Part shown: positions 27,323 through 36,451 of the stretch, piece by piece
Layout of the letters: each line of letters opens with the position of its first letter
Position numbering within the stretch: position 1 is the first letter of the stretch
Virus record (IMG/VR): IMGVR_UViG_3300012943_000685
Location: 1-48,639 of that record
Strand: one strand, 5' to 3'
DNA from: a virus
Taxonomy: Duplodnaviria > Caudoviricetes
DNA length: 48,639 bases
Position numbers and translations under genes: made by a program
Notes under the pieces: model-generated
The model's input: only the letters and a program-made list of their open reading frames with translations
What the model was told of the DNA's origin: nothing
The model's database searches: none

Positions 27323-28090
27323 TCAGGTGAGCAGGGACTTGGCCCTGCGTAGGGACAAGAGCAATTCGCCCGCACCTTCCCGGTGCGTTTGCTCGACCGT
27401 CTCGCCGTCCCGGGAGACCAACTTCTTCGTCACAGCAACAGCAGCCTTCGCGGCGCTTTGTGACAACCCACCGTCTCGGTAGGCCTTCTCAAGCTCACGG
27501 TCGCCCGGGAGCAGAAACTCATTCTTGATCGCGGTGACCCCGGCCTTTTGGTTCATCGGGAATGTCACCAGCGAAAATTCATAGATGACCGCTTCCTTGA
27601 TGGAGCGAACAAAGGTCTTGGAATTGATGTCGGCATCGATCGTGCGATAGCCGATGGACAGGCCCTTGATCGCCTTGCGCTTGAGCAGAGCCGTTGCGAC
27701 CTGGGCCTGGGGCAACTCGCCAAATAGCGTGCCGGACAGTTTCAGCCCGCGGTCATCCTCTGCCATCTCATCCCACAGCCCGATGGGCTCGGAACTCATG
27801 TGCTGCCAGAGGATCGGCGGCATGGCCTTGCGCTTCTGCCACTCTGCAATCGATTTCTTGAACGCGCCGGGCAGGATGATGTCGCCGCCGCTGTCCACGT
27901 TGTTGAACACAGCCCCGTACCCCGTGATGTGGCAATCGTTCGGGTTCGCATTGGGATCGACGGCGGGATCAGCCGCGGGGTCGGCCAGCTTCCATTCAAG
28001 ATCGCCTTCACAGGTTAGGTGCTCGGAATCCGGCGCAACGTCTTTTTGCTCAAGCGGAAGGAACAAGCGGTTGATGCGCATGGGCGTCAC
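27323..28090 (-). CDS. Prohead protease, HK97 family
   Basis: GYGAVFNNVD, ILWQH, PIGLW, GLSIGY, EFSLVTFPMN. Confidence 0.96.
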   Translation of the reverse strand: MTPMRINRLFLPLEQKDVAPDSEHLTCEGDLEWKLADPAADPAVDPNANPNDCHITGYGAVFNNVDSGGDIILPGAFKKSIAEWQKRKAMPPILWQHMSSEPIGLWDEMAEDDRGLKLSGTLFGELPQAQVATALLKRKAIKGLSIGYRTIDADINSKTFVRSIKEAVIYEFSLVTFPMNQKAGVTAIKNEFLLPGDRELEKAYRDGGLSQSAAKAAVAVTKKLVSRDGETVEQTHREGAGELLLSLRRAKSLLT

Positions 28091-28181
28091 CTCTGGTCAG
28101 GCGGTTGAATTAGGCGATCCCATCAGCGGGATGGCGGCGTCTCACGACGGCGCGGGCCGCGCTCGCCGCGCGCGGGATGCG

Positions 28182-29000
28182 TTATCTGTTTTGGGCGTTG
28201 CGCCCGATCAGGCGGTTCGGAATAGGTTCGGTCCGGGTCAGCGCGGCACGTTTGTGAAGGGCGACACAGCGGCAACCCATGATCTCTCTGGCCGGGCCGA
28301 GCGGATCACCAGGAAAGCGCAGGTAATAGCCGCCGACCGTGAATGGGTGATCGAGGTCGACAATCTGTCCATCGGCAATCGCGTGGGTGGGCCGGACCTT
28401 TGTGTCTTCCATCGAAACCCAGATACGGACGATGGGAAGGTTGGTGAAGCGGGCCGCGTTGTCACTGGCTTGGCCCGCTGTGGCATGGCTCAGCGTGGCG
28501 GCGATGATGCGGGATCGGACCACGGCGCGGTCACCGCCCAGGGCGTCGGCCAGGCGCTGTCCGATCTCGATTTCGTCAACACCTTCCGCAACCGCCGCAT
28601 CCACGACCTTCGCGATGACCTTGGCAGTCGTGTTGCCTACCTTGCGCATCTGATCGGCCACAAATGGCGCAACCCAGTCCTGTGTGGCGCGCACCGCGGC
28701 GTCTGTGACGGTCGGTGATGTGACGCCGAGGCTGACTGCGGTCCGATCCGCGAAGGCGTGGGCCACGGCATGGAGCCTGCCGGTGAGCAGCGCGACCAGC
28801 GTGGTCGTGTAAAACATGGGCAGGATCAGCGCGATAATCTCGTCTCGCTCCCGCTTCTCGCGGGCAAGGCGGGCAGCTTCCTCGGCTATGCGATCAAGTT
28901 CCTCTGCCAGTTGTTGGGCAATGACCCGTTCCAACGCCGCTTGCAGGCGAGCCCGGTCCTCAGCTTCCCGCTGGCGCCGGGTTTCCTCACTTGTCGGCAT
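28182..29000 (-). CDS. MuF / SPP1 gp7-like head morphogenesis protein
   Basis: WVSMEDTKVRPTH..ADGQ, FPGDP, GCRC; short form with no C-terminal toxin. Confidence 0.88.
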   Translation of the reverse strand: MPTSEETRRQREAEDRARLQAALERVIAQQLAEELDRIAEEAARLAREKRERDEIIALILPMFYTTTLVALLTGRLHAVAHAFADRTAVSLGVTSPTVTDAAVRATQDWVAPFVADQMRKVGNTTAKVIAKVVDAAVAEGVDEIEIGQRLADALGGDRAVVRSRIIAATLSHATAGQASDNAARFTNLPIVRIWVSMEDTKVRPTHAIADGQIVDLDHPFTVGGYYLRFPGDPLGPAREIMGCRCVALHKRAALTRTEPIPNRLIGRNAQNR

Positions 29001-30300
29001 TGTCTTTTGGCTTGGGCTTCGGCTTGGGTTTGGTGTCGTCGGTCGTGTCGTCGGTTTCGTCGTCGGTCGGTGCCGGCCCGCCGCTGATCGTGGCGCCCGC
29101 ATCTTCGAGCGGGATCATGGAGGACGAGACCAGCACCACGTCGCCGCCCTCGATCCGCGTGTAGCCCTTGGCGATCCGCTTCTCGTTGATGGTGAGCGTG
29201 GTGTCTTTTTCGATGCGGTCCCATTGGATCTGGCGTTCCTCGGCCAGTGCGTCGAGGTCGTCGAGGTTGGGCCGCAGCGAGAGCCCTTTGCCGTAGCGTG
29301 GGCCGAGCCAGTTTGAGAGGGCGCGCCCGCCGCGTTGCGCGAACGGAATGATGGTCTGCCGCCACAGCGTGCGGTTTGCCTCTTGGTAATTGGCGAATGT
29401 GTTGTCGCCGGGGATGCCCAGCAGCATCGGGGGAACGCCAAAGGCCATGGCGATTTCGCGAGCGGCGTCACGCTTGGTCTCGATGAATTGCATCTGCTCC
29501 ATGGAGAGACCGAACTGTTTCCAGTCGAGCCCGCCATCGAACAGCATTGGGCGACCCGCGTTCTCGCGGCCCTGATGGGCTGCCTCAAGCTCTGCCTTCA
29601 GACGATTGTACTGGTCGTCGGAAAGGCTCCCCCCATCCTTTGGGTTATAGATCAATGCGCCGGATGGCGTCGCACTGTTGCGCAACAATGCCGTTGTGAA
29701 TGAGCCCGCGCCCGTGTGGGTGTCGATAGACCATGCCGCCGGATCAAGCGGTGACATGCCATACCAGTCGTCCAGCGGGTGGAAGGCGCGGACATGCAAG
29801 ATCGGGTTGTCGGTCCGGTCGAAATCAACGGGGAACCGCTTGGTCAGTCCACCAACCGTGTAATCGTAGGCCATAGGCCAGCCATTGGCGCCGGGCACCA
29901 CCTTCATGCGCTCCGGGCGATGCGAATAGAGTTCAACGGCGCGGTCGCCCAGCCCATCGACAGCTTCGAGATAGCCGTTGCCGCTCAACATGACGTGCGA
30001 GTAGAACGATTCAAGCAGAGCCGCACCGTCGCTCAGCGGGTTCGGCGCCGCCAGCAGGTCGAGAATCGGGTGGCTCGTGATTTCCTTCTCGCCGCTATAC
30101 AGCGTCCACGGGATCGAGGCCGCACCCTCCGCCACCATCTTCGTGCAGCGGTACGAGATGACGTTGCGCTGATAGCCTTCGACGGCTTGTTGCACCATGT
30201 TACGGCCCGGCCATTGGCCCTGCGCCACCATGGTACGAACCATCATCGGCCCGACCTGGCTCGCCTTGCGCTCAAAGAGCCGGGAGAAAATATTCGCCAT
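28987..30300 (-). CDS. Portal protein, HK97 family
   Basis: PNPL, LSGNGY, HPLDDWYGMSPL, AFGVPPMLLG, TINEKR. Confidence 0.96.
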   Translation of the reverse strand: MANIFSRLFERKASQVGPMMVRTMVAQGQWPGRNMVQQAVEGYQRNVISYRCTKMVAEGAASIPWTLYSGEKEITSHPILDLLAAPNPLSDGAALLESFYSHVMLSGNGYLEAVDGLGDRAVELYSHRPERMKVVPGANGWPMAYDYTVGGLTKRFPVDFDRTDNPILHVRAFHPLDDWYGMSPLDPAAWSIDTHTGAGSFTTALLRNSATPSGALIYNPKDGGSLSDDQYNRLKAELEAAHQGRENAGRPMLFDGGLDWKQFGLSMEQMQFIETKRDAAREIAMAFGVPPMLLGIPGDNTFANYQEANRTLWRQTIIPFAQRGGRALSNWLGPRYGKGLSLRPNLDDLDALAEERQIQWDRIEKDTTLTINEKRIAKGYTRIEGGDVVLVSSSMIPLEDAGATISGGPAPTDDETDDTTDDTKPKPKPKPKDNADK

Positions 30301-31838
30301 CAGAGCGTCCGTATCCTGGGTTGCCGGGCAGGCTTGACGGCCAATGCGTTGAAAGCTCCGGCGGCAGCGTCGACCTGATCGTCAAATTGGCCTGCCGGGA
30401 AGTTCGAGAGTTCGTCGATAAATGCTTCGTTCCATGCGCCGCGCAGCAGGAGCACGTTTCCGGCCTCGGCTTGGATCGCAAAAGATTCCGCGCGGGTCTC
30501 TTTCGAGCCTGTCTCGCGCTCGGCCTGCACCGCAAAGCCGGTCAATGAATTGATGATGATCTGGGCCTGATCTTTTCCGGCTTGACCGGGGTCTTGAGGG
30601 ATGCGGATGCGCACGCCCGGCCCGTCTTGTTCCGCCGTTGTCTCGATCATGGAGCGGATGACGTGCCCGACATCGCGAGTGCGCTTCACATCGAGCACGA
30701 CAAATCGCTTGTCGTCGGTCACGCCCATCAGCACGCCAGCGGTCCAGTCTGGCTCTTTGCCTTTGGCCGGGAGCGTTGCCGCCAAATCCCAACGGCGGAG
30801 CCGCGATGTGATCCCCACGGGCTCGTCGTCAATGACCTTGAACCAGCCCCGTTTGAATAGCCCGCCCTCGCGCGGGGCCGGGCGCTGCTGGAACTGACCG
30901 GCGACGGCATAGCCGCCCATCGTCGCCTTATCGCGATCCACCGTGGAGCGGGGGAACCGTTCAGGGAACAGCAATTCGCCGTCTGCTGTGCGCGGATCTT
31001 CAAACAGTGGCGTCACGCATCGGCGTTCCGGCTCGAACTCCATCGGCAGCATCAAATGGGTGTAGCCCAGCTTGAGCGCGAGGATTTGGCCCGACACGTC
31101 CTTTTCGTGGAGCCGCTGCATCACAACGATGATCGCGGATTTCACCGGGTCGTTGAGGCGGGAGGTGATGGACTCCCGAAATATCCGGGTGGTCGTGTCG
31201 CGTTCGCTCTCGGATTCCGCCGTCTCGGTCGAATGCGGATCGTCGATGATGACCCGATCCCCACGGCCGCCGGTCAGAGACACAAACGGCTTGGCCTCGC
31301 GCCCGCCCCGGTCCTTGGTCTCGAATGAGGTCTCGCCCGCCCGGATCAATTCGATGGGCCAAAGCGCCTGATACCATTCCGAGGTCACCAGATCGCGCAT
31401 CTTGCGCGCGTCACGCTTGGCGTAACCCTCATTGTACGAGGCAGTGAGGTAGCGCATCGAGGGCAACCCTCGTGGCCCCCATTCCCACGCGGGCCAGAAC
31501 ACGCTGACGATCAGGGACTTCATCGTGCCAGGCGGCACATTGATAAGCAGCCGGTTGTCCCGGCCCATCGCGAGGAATTCGCCGTTGGTTATGGCCTCAA
31601 GGTGCAGGCAGATCGCCCGGATGTGCCAACCATCCAGAAACACGGAGGCAGGCTCCAAGATGGACCACGCCTCACGAATGAACCCGTGCAGCGATTGGCA
31701 CCGCGCCCGCACCAGATCGGAATTCTTGCGGACATGCTCAAGATGCCTGTCCCGCTCCCGCCTAGCCTTCTCCGCCTGAAGCTGGGTCAGCGTCGGCAAG
31801 TTTAGTCCGGATAGCGGTGAGCTGTTCGAGTTCGGCAT
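30300..31838 (-). CDS. terL: Terminase large subunit
   Basis: Walker A NVPPGTMKS, Walker B IIDDPH, MQRLH, QQRP, PQDPGQAGK, FDDQVDA; exact start uncertain. Confidence 0.96.
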   Translation of the reverse strand: MPNSNSSPLSGLNLPTLTQLQAEKARRERDRHLEHVRKNSDLVRARCQSLHGFIREAWSILEPASVFLDGWHIRAICLHLEAITNGEFLAMGRDNRLLINVPPGTMKSLIVSVFWPAWEWGPRGLPSMRYLTASYNEGYAKRDARKMRDLVTSEWYQALWPIELIRAGETSFETKDRGGREAKPFVSLTGGRGDRVIIDDPHSTETAESESERDTTTRIFRESITSRLNDPVKSAIIVVMQRLHEKDVSGQILALKLGYTHLMLPMEFEPERRCVTPLFEDPRTADGELLFPERFPRSTVDRDKATMGGYAVAGQFQQRPAPREGGLFKRGWFKVIDDEPVGITSRLRRWDLAATLPAKGKEPDWTAGVLMGVTDDKRFVVLDVKRTRDVGHVIRSMIETTAEQDGPGVRIRIPQDPGQAGKDQAQIIINSLTGFAVQAERETGSKETRAESFAIQAEAGNVLLLRGAWNEAFIDELSNFPAGQFDDQVDAAAGAFNALAVKPARQPRIRTL

Positions 31839-32205
31839 CACTAAGCTTTGCAAGTGCGGCCTCGTCCACGGTTCTGATCGCGCCACCGTCAGCGCCCGTC
31901 AGTTCATGATGTTGTCGGTCGCGCCATTCTTCGGGGGCGGCGTTCTTCAGGGCGAATATCCGTGCCGTGATCCGTGGGCCGCAGTCGCCTTCGAGCAACC
32001 CCCTTTCGAGGAACGCCGTGCGTTTTGCCTGCCCTATTTTTATAGCTTCCGAAAATTCAGGGTTGGTGCGCATCCATTCGTTGATCGTGGACCGCGCTAC
32101 GCTGATATTTCCGGCAAAGGCTGTCATGCTAAAGCCTTGACCCATATAGTCGATCACCTCGGCGCAGAACCTTGGTTCGTATTTTGTCGGTCGTCCGACG
32201 TCCAT
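31762..32205 (-). CDS. terS: Terminase small subunit
   Basis: GRPTKY, HTH (VARSTINEW..PEF), FALKN, ELTGADGGAI. Confidence 0.9.
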   Translation of the reverse strand: MDVGRPTKYEPRFCAEVIDYMGQGFSMTAFAGNISVARSTINEWMRTNPEFSEAIKIGQAKRTAFLERGLLEGDCGPRITARIFALKNAAPEEWRDRQHHELTGADGGAIRTVDEAALAKLSDAELEQLTAIRTKLADADPASGGEG

Positions 32206-32207
32206 AA

Positions 32208-32762
32208 TTAACCCCTATCGCCGGGCCTGCTGCCAGCATTGGCCCAATCGGCGAAATGCTCAGGCTCTGCGGCCGCGTACTTTCTCATTTTTGAGGCGAC
32301 ATCAACGAACCCACGTATGCTGCCAGCGCGGGCAACAACCTTGAGCGCCCATTCGTGGACGTCCCGCACCAAAGATTCTCGTGTCAATTTTTCGGGAGGA
32401 TATGGGTCGAGGCCCGTCAGCCGCCGGAGATGTTTTCTTCCGTTTGCCCTTCGTGTCTCTATCGGGCAGTGGGGCTCGTTCCCGCCGATGGCAACATTTA
32501 GGATACCATCTCCACGTGCGCGGGCTTCGGATATGTGCCTGCGCTCCGCCTCGATCCAATCATCTGTGATTTCGAGAACGCGCAGGTGCGGCACTCGACC
32601 TATGCGTCGGAGCCCATTTATCCAGCCGTAGAGCGGCGTTGTCCGGCGGCGTGCGTCGCGGAGGTGGCTCTGTAGACGTTTGGTGGAACAATTCGCTTTG
32701 CCGATATAGCGGAGAGAGCCATCCAGAGGATCATATAGCCCGTAGATTTCGGCCATGGTCAT
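32208..32762 (-). CDS. GIY-YIG-family endonuclease (free-standing, homing-like)
   Basis: IYGLYDP....RYIGK...RL..H, EAER..I, LN...GG. Confidence 0.82.
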   Translation of the reverse strand: MTMAEIYGLYDPLDGSLRYIGKANCSTKRLQSHLRDARRRTTPLYGWINGLRRIGRVPHLRVLEITDDWIEAERRHISEARARGDGILNVAIGGNEPHCPIETRRANGRKHLRRLTGLDPYPPEKLTRESLVRDVHEWALKVVARAGSIRGFVDVASKMRKYAAAEPEHFADWANAGSRPGDRG

Positions 32763-32937
32763 ATTGATCCTCAATCTGGTGAGCCGTCTCGCACGGCCCG
32801 CCTGCCCTACAGTGCAGATACCGCTTTGGCCCGGCCGTGTGGTGTGTCGCAGCCCGCATAGCGGGGTCTGGCGGTGCCGGGCGCGGGCGAAGCGAATTCA
32901 GTTGAAGCGGCGATGTTGCCGACGGTATGTTTCGGCC

Positions 32938-33129
32938 ATGACCAACTGTGTGTTCAAATATTCCGCGACGCCTAACTGCCCTTGCTGGGGCGAGGAAATC
33001 TATTACGCGGAAACCGACCAAGGCGATGTATTCTACACCTGCGAGGGACACATGACTTGGCTGATGCTCGATTCATATGCCGAGAATGAGCCTCGCTATA
33101 ATCCGAAGCCCGCGGTCAATCAGCGATAA
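32938..33129 (+). CDS. Possible small antisense Cys/His-containing protein
   Basis: 63 aa MTNCVFKY...CPCWG...CEGH; convergent overlap with the 33120 gene; no clear RBS. Confidence 0.4.
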   Translation: MTNCVFKYSATPNCPCWGEEIYYAETDQGDVFYTCEGHMTWLMLDSYAENEPRYNPKPAVNQR

Positions 33130-33326
33130 CCGGCACAGTTGGGGCAGTAATCTTCGCCCTCACCCAGCCCCACTGTTTTCCGGTGATCGGTCTTCCAGCC
33201 AATCGAGCGCGCGTATTCGCGGATTTCTCGCCCGCCATCATACGAGGTGAACAATGGTTGATGCGGCCCCGGCTTACGATCAAGGACTGCGCCGCACCCG
33301 TTGCATTTGAGATATTGGCTGGGCAT
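33120..33326 (-). CDS. Small Zn-finger protein
   Basis: CNGC...GW...DYCPNC; TAATG coupling. Confidence 0.75.
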   Translation of the reverse strand: MPSQYLKCNGCGAVLDRKPGPHQPLFTSYDGGREIREYARSIGWKTDHRKTVGLGEGEDYCPNCAGYR

Positions 33327-33508
33327 TACCGCCGCCGCATTAGGTTACGCCAACACCCGATGGCAAATCCCAGAGCGCCTATGGAACCAATGATGATCCC
33401 GGCCACCTGAACATCTGGATTGCTGGTGGCGAAATAGATCACCGCGCCGACACCCATAAACCCAAGATCGAGCATCACGCGATATGCCTGTGATTTTGTG
33501 GTCTTCAC
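33326..33508 (-). CDS. Small two-TM membrane protein
   Basis: Two hydrophobic stretches and a basic tail; GTG start after GGGAG (start uncertain). Confidence 0.55.
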   Translation of the reverse strand: MKTTKSQAYRVMLDLGFMGVGAVIYFATSNPDVQVAGIIIGSIGALGFAIGCWRNLMRRR

Positions 33509-33653
33509 CACGGCTCCCGCTGGGGGCCATCTGAGCCACCCGGAGCGAATCATCGCTAATGTGCAATAGGGATGGGGTTATTTGAGATTCGCTGTCAAGG
33601 AGTTTCATCGCGTGCCTGCATCTCGGTGTCCCTCGCGGAGGGACAAAGCATCA

Positions 33654-33902
33654 TCACCAGTCGATGTCGTCCCACATATTTTCTTCCGAAAGCTCGGCTT
33701 GGATCGCCTTGAGCATCTTTATTTGCTCGTCGATTAATTCTTTAAGTTCCGGTTTTAGGGCGGGCGGCACGTTACTCACCCCTGCTCCATACCGCTTCAC
33801 CGTTTTCAATGATCGGTCCAGTTTGTCCGCAATGATGCGCGCCCAGGCCCGCCCGTATAGCGCTTTGCCGATGCGTTGAAATTCCAGCCCGGTCAGGATC
33901 AT
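33654..33902 (-). CDS. Small HTH DNA-binding protein
   Basis: GKALYGRAW...ADKLDRSLKTVKRY..G...VP; ATGA-coupled to the methyltransferase. Confidence 0.75.
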   Translation of the reverse strand: MILTGLEFQRIGKALYGRAWARIIADKLDRSLKTVKRYGAGVSNVPPALKPELKELIDEQIKMLKAIQAELSEENMWDDIDW

Positions 33903-35335
33903 CCCCAAATTTTCCTTCCGTCCTTCCACACCCGAAGAATGATGGTGTTGCAGTTTGTGCCAGATGCCGAGAAAGAACCGGGTGGCAGGTCGCGCCAGTT
34001 CGCCTGCATCTTCTCCATGAGCGCTCGGAACGCGATGGATTTCCGCGTCTCGCGAAATTCAGTTCCAGCCGACATGATCGCGCAGAGAAACCCATCCGGC
34101 GCCAAGAATTTCAATGCATGGATCACATGGTCTATGTCCCGCTCGCGGTCGAACGGCGGGTTCATCACGATGCGGTCATAGAGCCCGGTCGGAGACGGAA
34201 CGAGATGGAGAAAATCGACATTCCAGACCTTGCCATACACGCGGGCCGACATGAGCATCGCCGCCAAGGCGGGCTGTATCTCGACGCAATCGACTTGAAC
34301 CCTCGGCGCAAGGCATCGGCGCGCCAGATTTCCGGTCCCCGCGCTTGGCTCAAGAACGCGGAGCGGTGGGCCTCTGTCAGGAGCATCTAACTTGGCGTCT
34401 TCGATCAGCCGGTCGGCCGCCGCATCCGGCGTCGGAAAGAACCCGTACCGCTTGGCGGGCGTCAGCTTTGGATCGTAGAGCCCACCGTCGTCTTCCGGCG
34501 GCTTCTGGTCGGAAATGGGCGCGCCATAATATTCGCCCAGCAGAAGGTTTACTCGATCCACGAGGTCATCGCGCTTGAACCAGAGGTGAACATTGCCGTT
34601 TTTGTAGGCGCGGATCAGGAAATAGTCTGTGTCGATTTCAGTCTGGCGTGCACCCCATGTGCGGCCACGCGCCTGCTCGATGGCGTGAACTGCGGTAAGG
34701 TTTATGGCCCGCCCCCCGTCAAGCACGCGGAAGACCCGCTCCACATCCGAAATCGTGTCCCGATGGTTGGAATAATGGTTCCAAAATCCATGGTCATCGA
34801 AAACGCGGGTGAGCACCACGCGGCTGCCAATCTTCCAGCCGTCATGCGAGCGAAAGCGCCGGTCCAGGTTGGAGAAGCACTCGGCCATGCCCCGTTTGAA
34901 GATCGTGCCCACATCGGCGGCGAACTGCTGAAGCGTGGCGCACACATTCTCAACCGTGACCTCCGGCGGGTCGTCGATAAGCTGCTGGTTGAATTGATCC
35001 TTGGCCTTTTTGTCCATCAACCGTTCGAGTTCGGTCAACTGCACGATGTGAGACCACACATCGGTATCGACGATGCGCCGCGCCGTTTGGACATAAGTGT
35101 CGCGCGCAGGCAGTTCGAGCGCCGTGTGAAACTCTGCCTTGTCAAGGTGCCGGTTGTAGCGGTTGACGCCCGGCGACGCTGCGCGCGATGCCTTCCCTGC
35201 CTCCTCAATGGCTTCGACTGCGCGCGACAGAGCGGTGTGCGCCTCGCCGAAAAGGGACAGCGCGCGGTTTCGGCGCGTCACCAGTTCCTCAACGGTGGCA
35301 CGCGGCATCAATTCCGTTCCGGGCGAACTGGTCAC
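33899..35335 (-). CDS. DUF4942-domain N6-adenine DNA methyltransferase
   Basis: YKNGNVHLWF, FFPTP, VLEPSAGTG, MNPPF, FSASGT; GTG start overlaps the upstream stop. Confidence 0.9.
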   Translation of the reverse strand: MTSSPGTELMPRATVEELVTRRNRALSLFGEAHTALSRAVEAIEEAGKASRAASPGVNRYNRHLDKAEFHTALELPARDTYVQTARRIVDTDVWSHIVQLTELERLMDKKAKDQFNQQLIDDPPEVTVENVCATLQQFAADVGTIFKRGMAECFSNLDRRFRSHDGWKIGSRVVLTRVFDDHGFWNHYSNHRDTISDVERVFRVLDGGRAINLTAVHAIEQARGRTWGARQTEIDTDYFLIRAYKNGNVHLWFKRDDLVDRVNLLLGEYYGAPISDQKPPEDDGGLYDPKLTPAKRYGFFPTPDAAADRLIEDAKLDAPDRGPPLRVLEPSAGTGNLARRCLAPRVQVDCVEIQPALAAMLMSARVYGKVWNVDFLHLVPSPTGLYDRIVMNPPFDRERDIDHVIHALKFLAPDGFLCAIMSAGTEFRETRKSIAFRALMEKMQANWRDLPPGSFSASGTNCNTIILRVWKDGRKIWG

Positions 35336-35862
35336 GCGCGCCTCTTTGCCTTCTCGACCACGCTCAAATCGCATTCCGGCAGCCGGATCATGACAGTGCC
35401 CTCGGTCGCGACGAGGGCCTCGCCCTTCACGCTGGAGATCAGCATCCCTACATAGCCGCGGAACAGGTCGTGCCGGTCAATCCGAACTTCGGTGCCGGGC
35501 GCGATGCCCTGCGTCACCAATCTGACCCGGCGGGACGCGGCCTCGACCTCATCGTCTTCGATCCGGCGCAGCGAAGGCACGACCGAGGCAGGCACGGCGC
35601 GGGGCCTGCCGTCCCGATTGCAGAACAGTTCCTGCACGCCGCGGGTGTTGCTGATCGGTCCGTGCTGCTGCTTCGCCACGTCAAACGCGACAAAGGCATA
35701 GGGCGCGAGCCGAAGCTCGGTCACGATGAAGCTGCGCTTGCCCAGCGTCTCCCGCCGATAGGATTTCGGCACATAGACCCGGAAGCCTTGCTCGGTCAGT
35801 CCGCGCCGGGCCAACAGATCGAGCCCCGGTTTGCTCCGGTACAGATGCCAGTTCTCAGCCAT
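35332..35862 (-). CDS. NusG/RfaH-like transcription antiterminator (late-gene regulator)
   Basis: NGN domain (WHLYRSKP, GFRVYVP, PYAFV, NTRGV) plus KOW (PGTEVRI....FRGYVG). Confidence 0.85.
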   Translation of the reverse strand: MAENWHLYRSKPGLDLLARRGLTEQGFRVYVPKSYRRETLGKRSFIVTELRLAPYAFVAFDVAKQQHGPISNTRGVQELFCNRDGRPRAVPASVVPSLRRIEDDEVEAASRRVRLVTQGIAPGTEVRIDRHDLFRGYVGMLISSVKGEALVATEGTVMIRLPECDLSVVEKAKRRA

Positions 35863-36451
35863 TTTGCCCCTCGACTTCCCGGTCGGCCCGGAACATTTCG
35901 TTCAATTTTTTGAACCGGTCCCGCAGATCATCGGCCGGGATTACCGCTTCGCCCTGAGCGTCAGATTTCACAATGTCGAGTGCGCGCCGGTAAGCTTTCA
36001 ACTTCGCGGCCCGGTGCGCCGCATCGTCCCTGCACATCGCGAATAGCTGGCCGGGATCGGGGAAAAACTTCTTCCCGTCCTTGGTAGGGGCCATGACATA
36101 AGCTTCACACGCCGCGACAAGAATCCGCTGAGTGACGCCACGCTTGGCCAGCAGGGCGTGATACAGGTCCAGCATCCGGGTGACATCATCGCCGCTCATC
36201 TGGCCGCGCGGCAGCATCAGCGCCAGATCACGCAAGCATTGGTCGCACTCCTCGCGCGTGACCGGCTTACCGAGGGTCTGGGCTTGGCGACAGATCGAGG
36301 AGTGGGCCTCGTATCTCGGCATCAATGAAATCGCCTTCGCCTCCGTCATCGAACAAACTGCCGCGAGCACGCGCGTCAACTCGTTCCGAGACCGCTGAGG
36401 CAAAGGATTTGTTGGGAGATTGGGCCCCTCCCGCTGTACCACGTCCGCCAT
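35855..36451 (-). CDS. Replication accessory protein (helicase loader/inhibitor-like)
   Basis: Follows and overlaps the initiator; KFFPDPGQL motif; start uncertain. Confidence 0.6.
   Translation of the reverse strand: MADVVQREGPNLPTNPLPQRSRNELTRVLAAVCSMTEAKAISLMPRYEAHSSICRQAQTLGKPVTREECDQCLRDLALMLPRGQMSGDDVTRMLDLYHALLAKRGVTQRILVAACEAYVMAPTKDGKKFFPDPGQLFAMCRDDAAHRAAKLKAYRRALDIVKSDAQGEAVIPADDLRDRFKKLNEMFRADREVEGQNG

Noticed and set aside
28182-29000. MuF polymorphic toxin
   Set aside because: The protein ends about 25 aa after GCRC with no toxin extension, and no immunity gene follows
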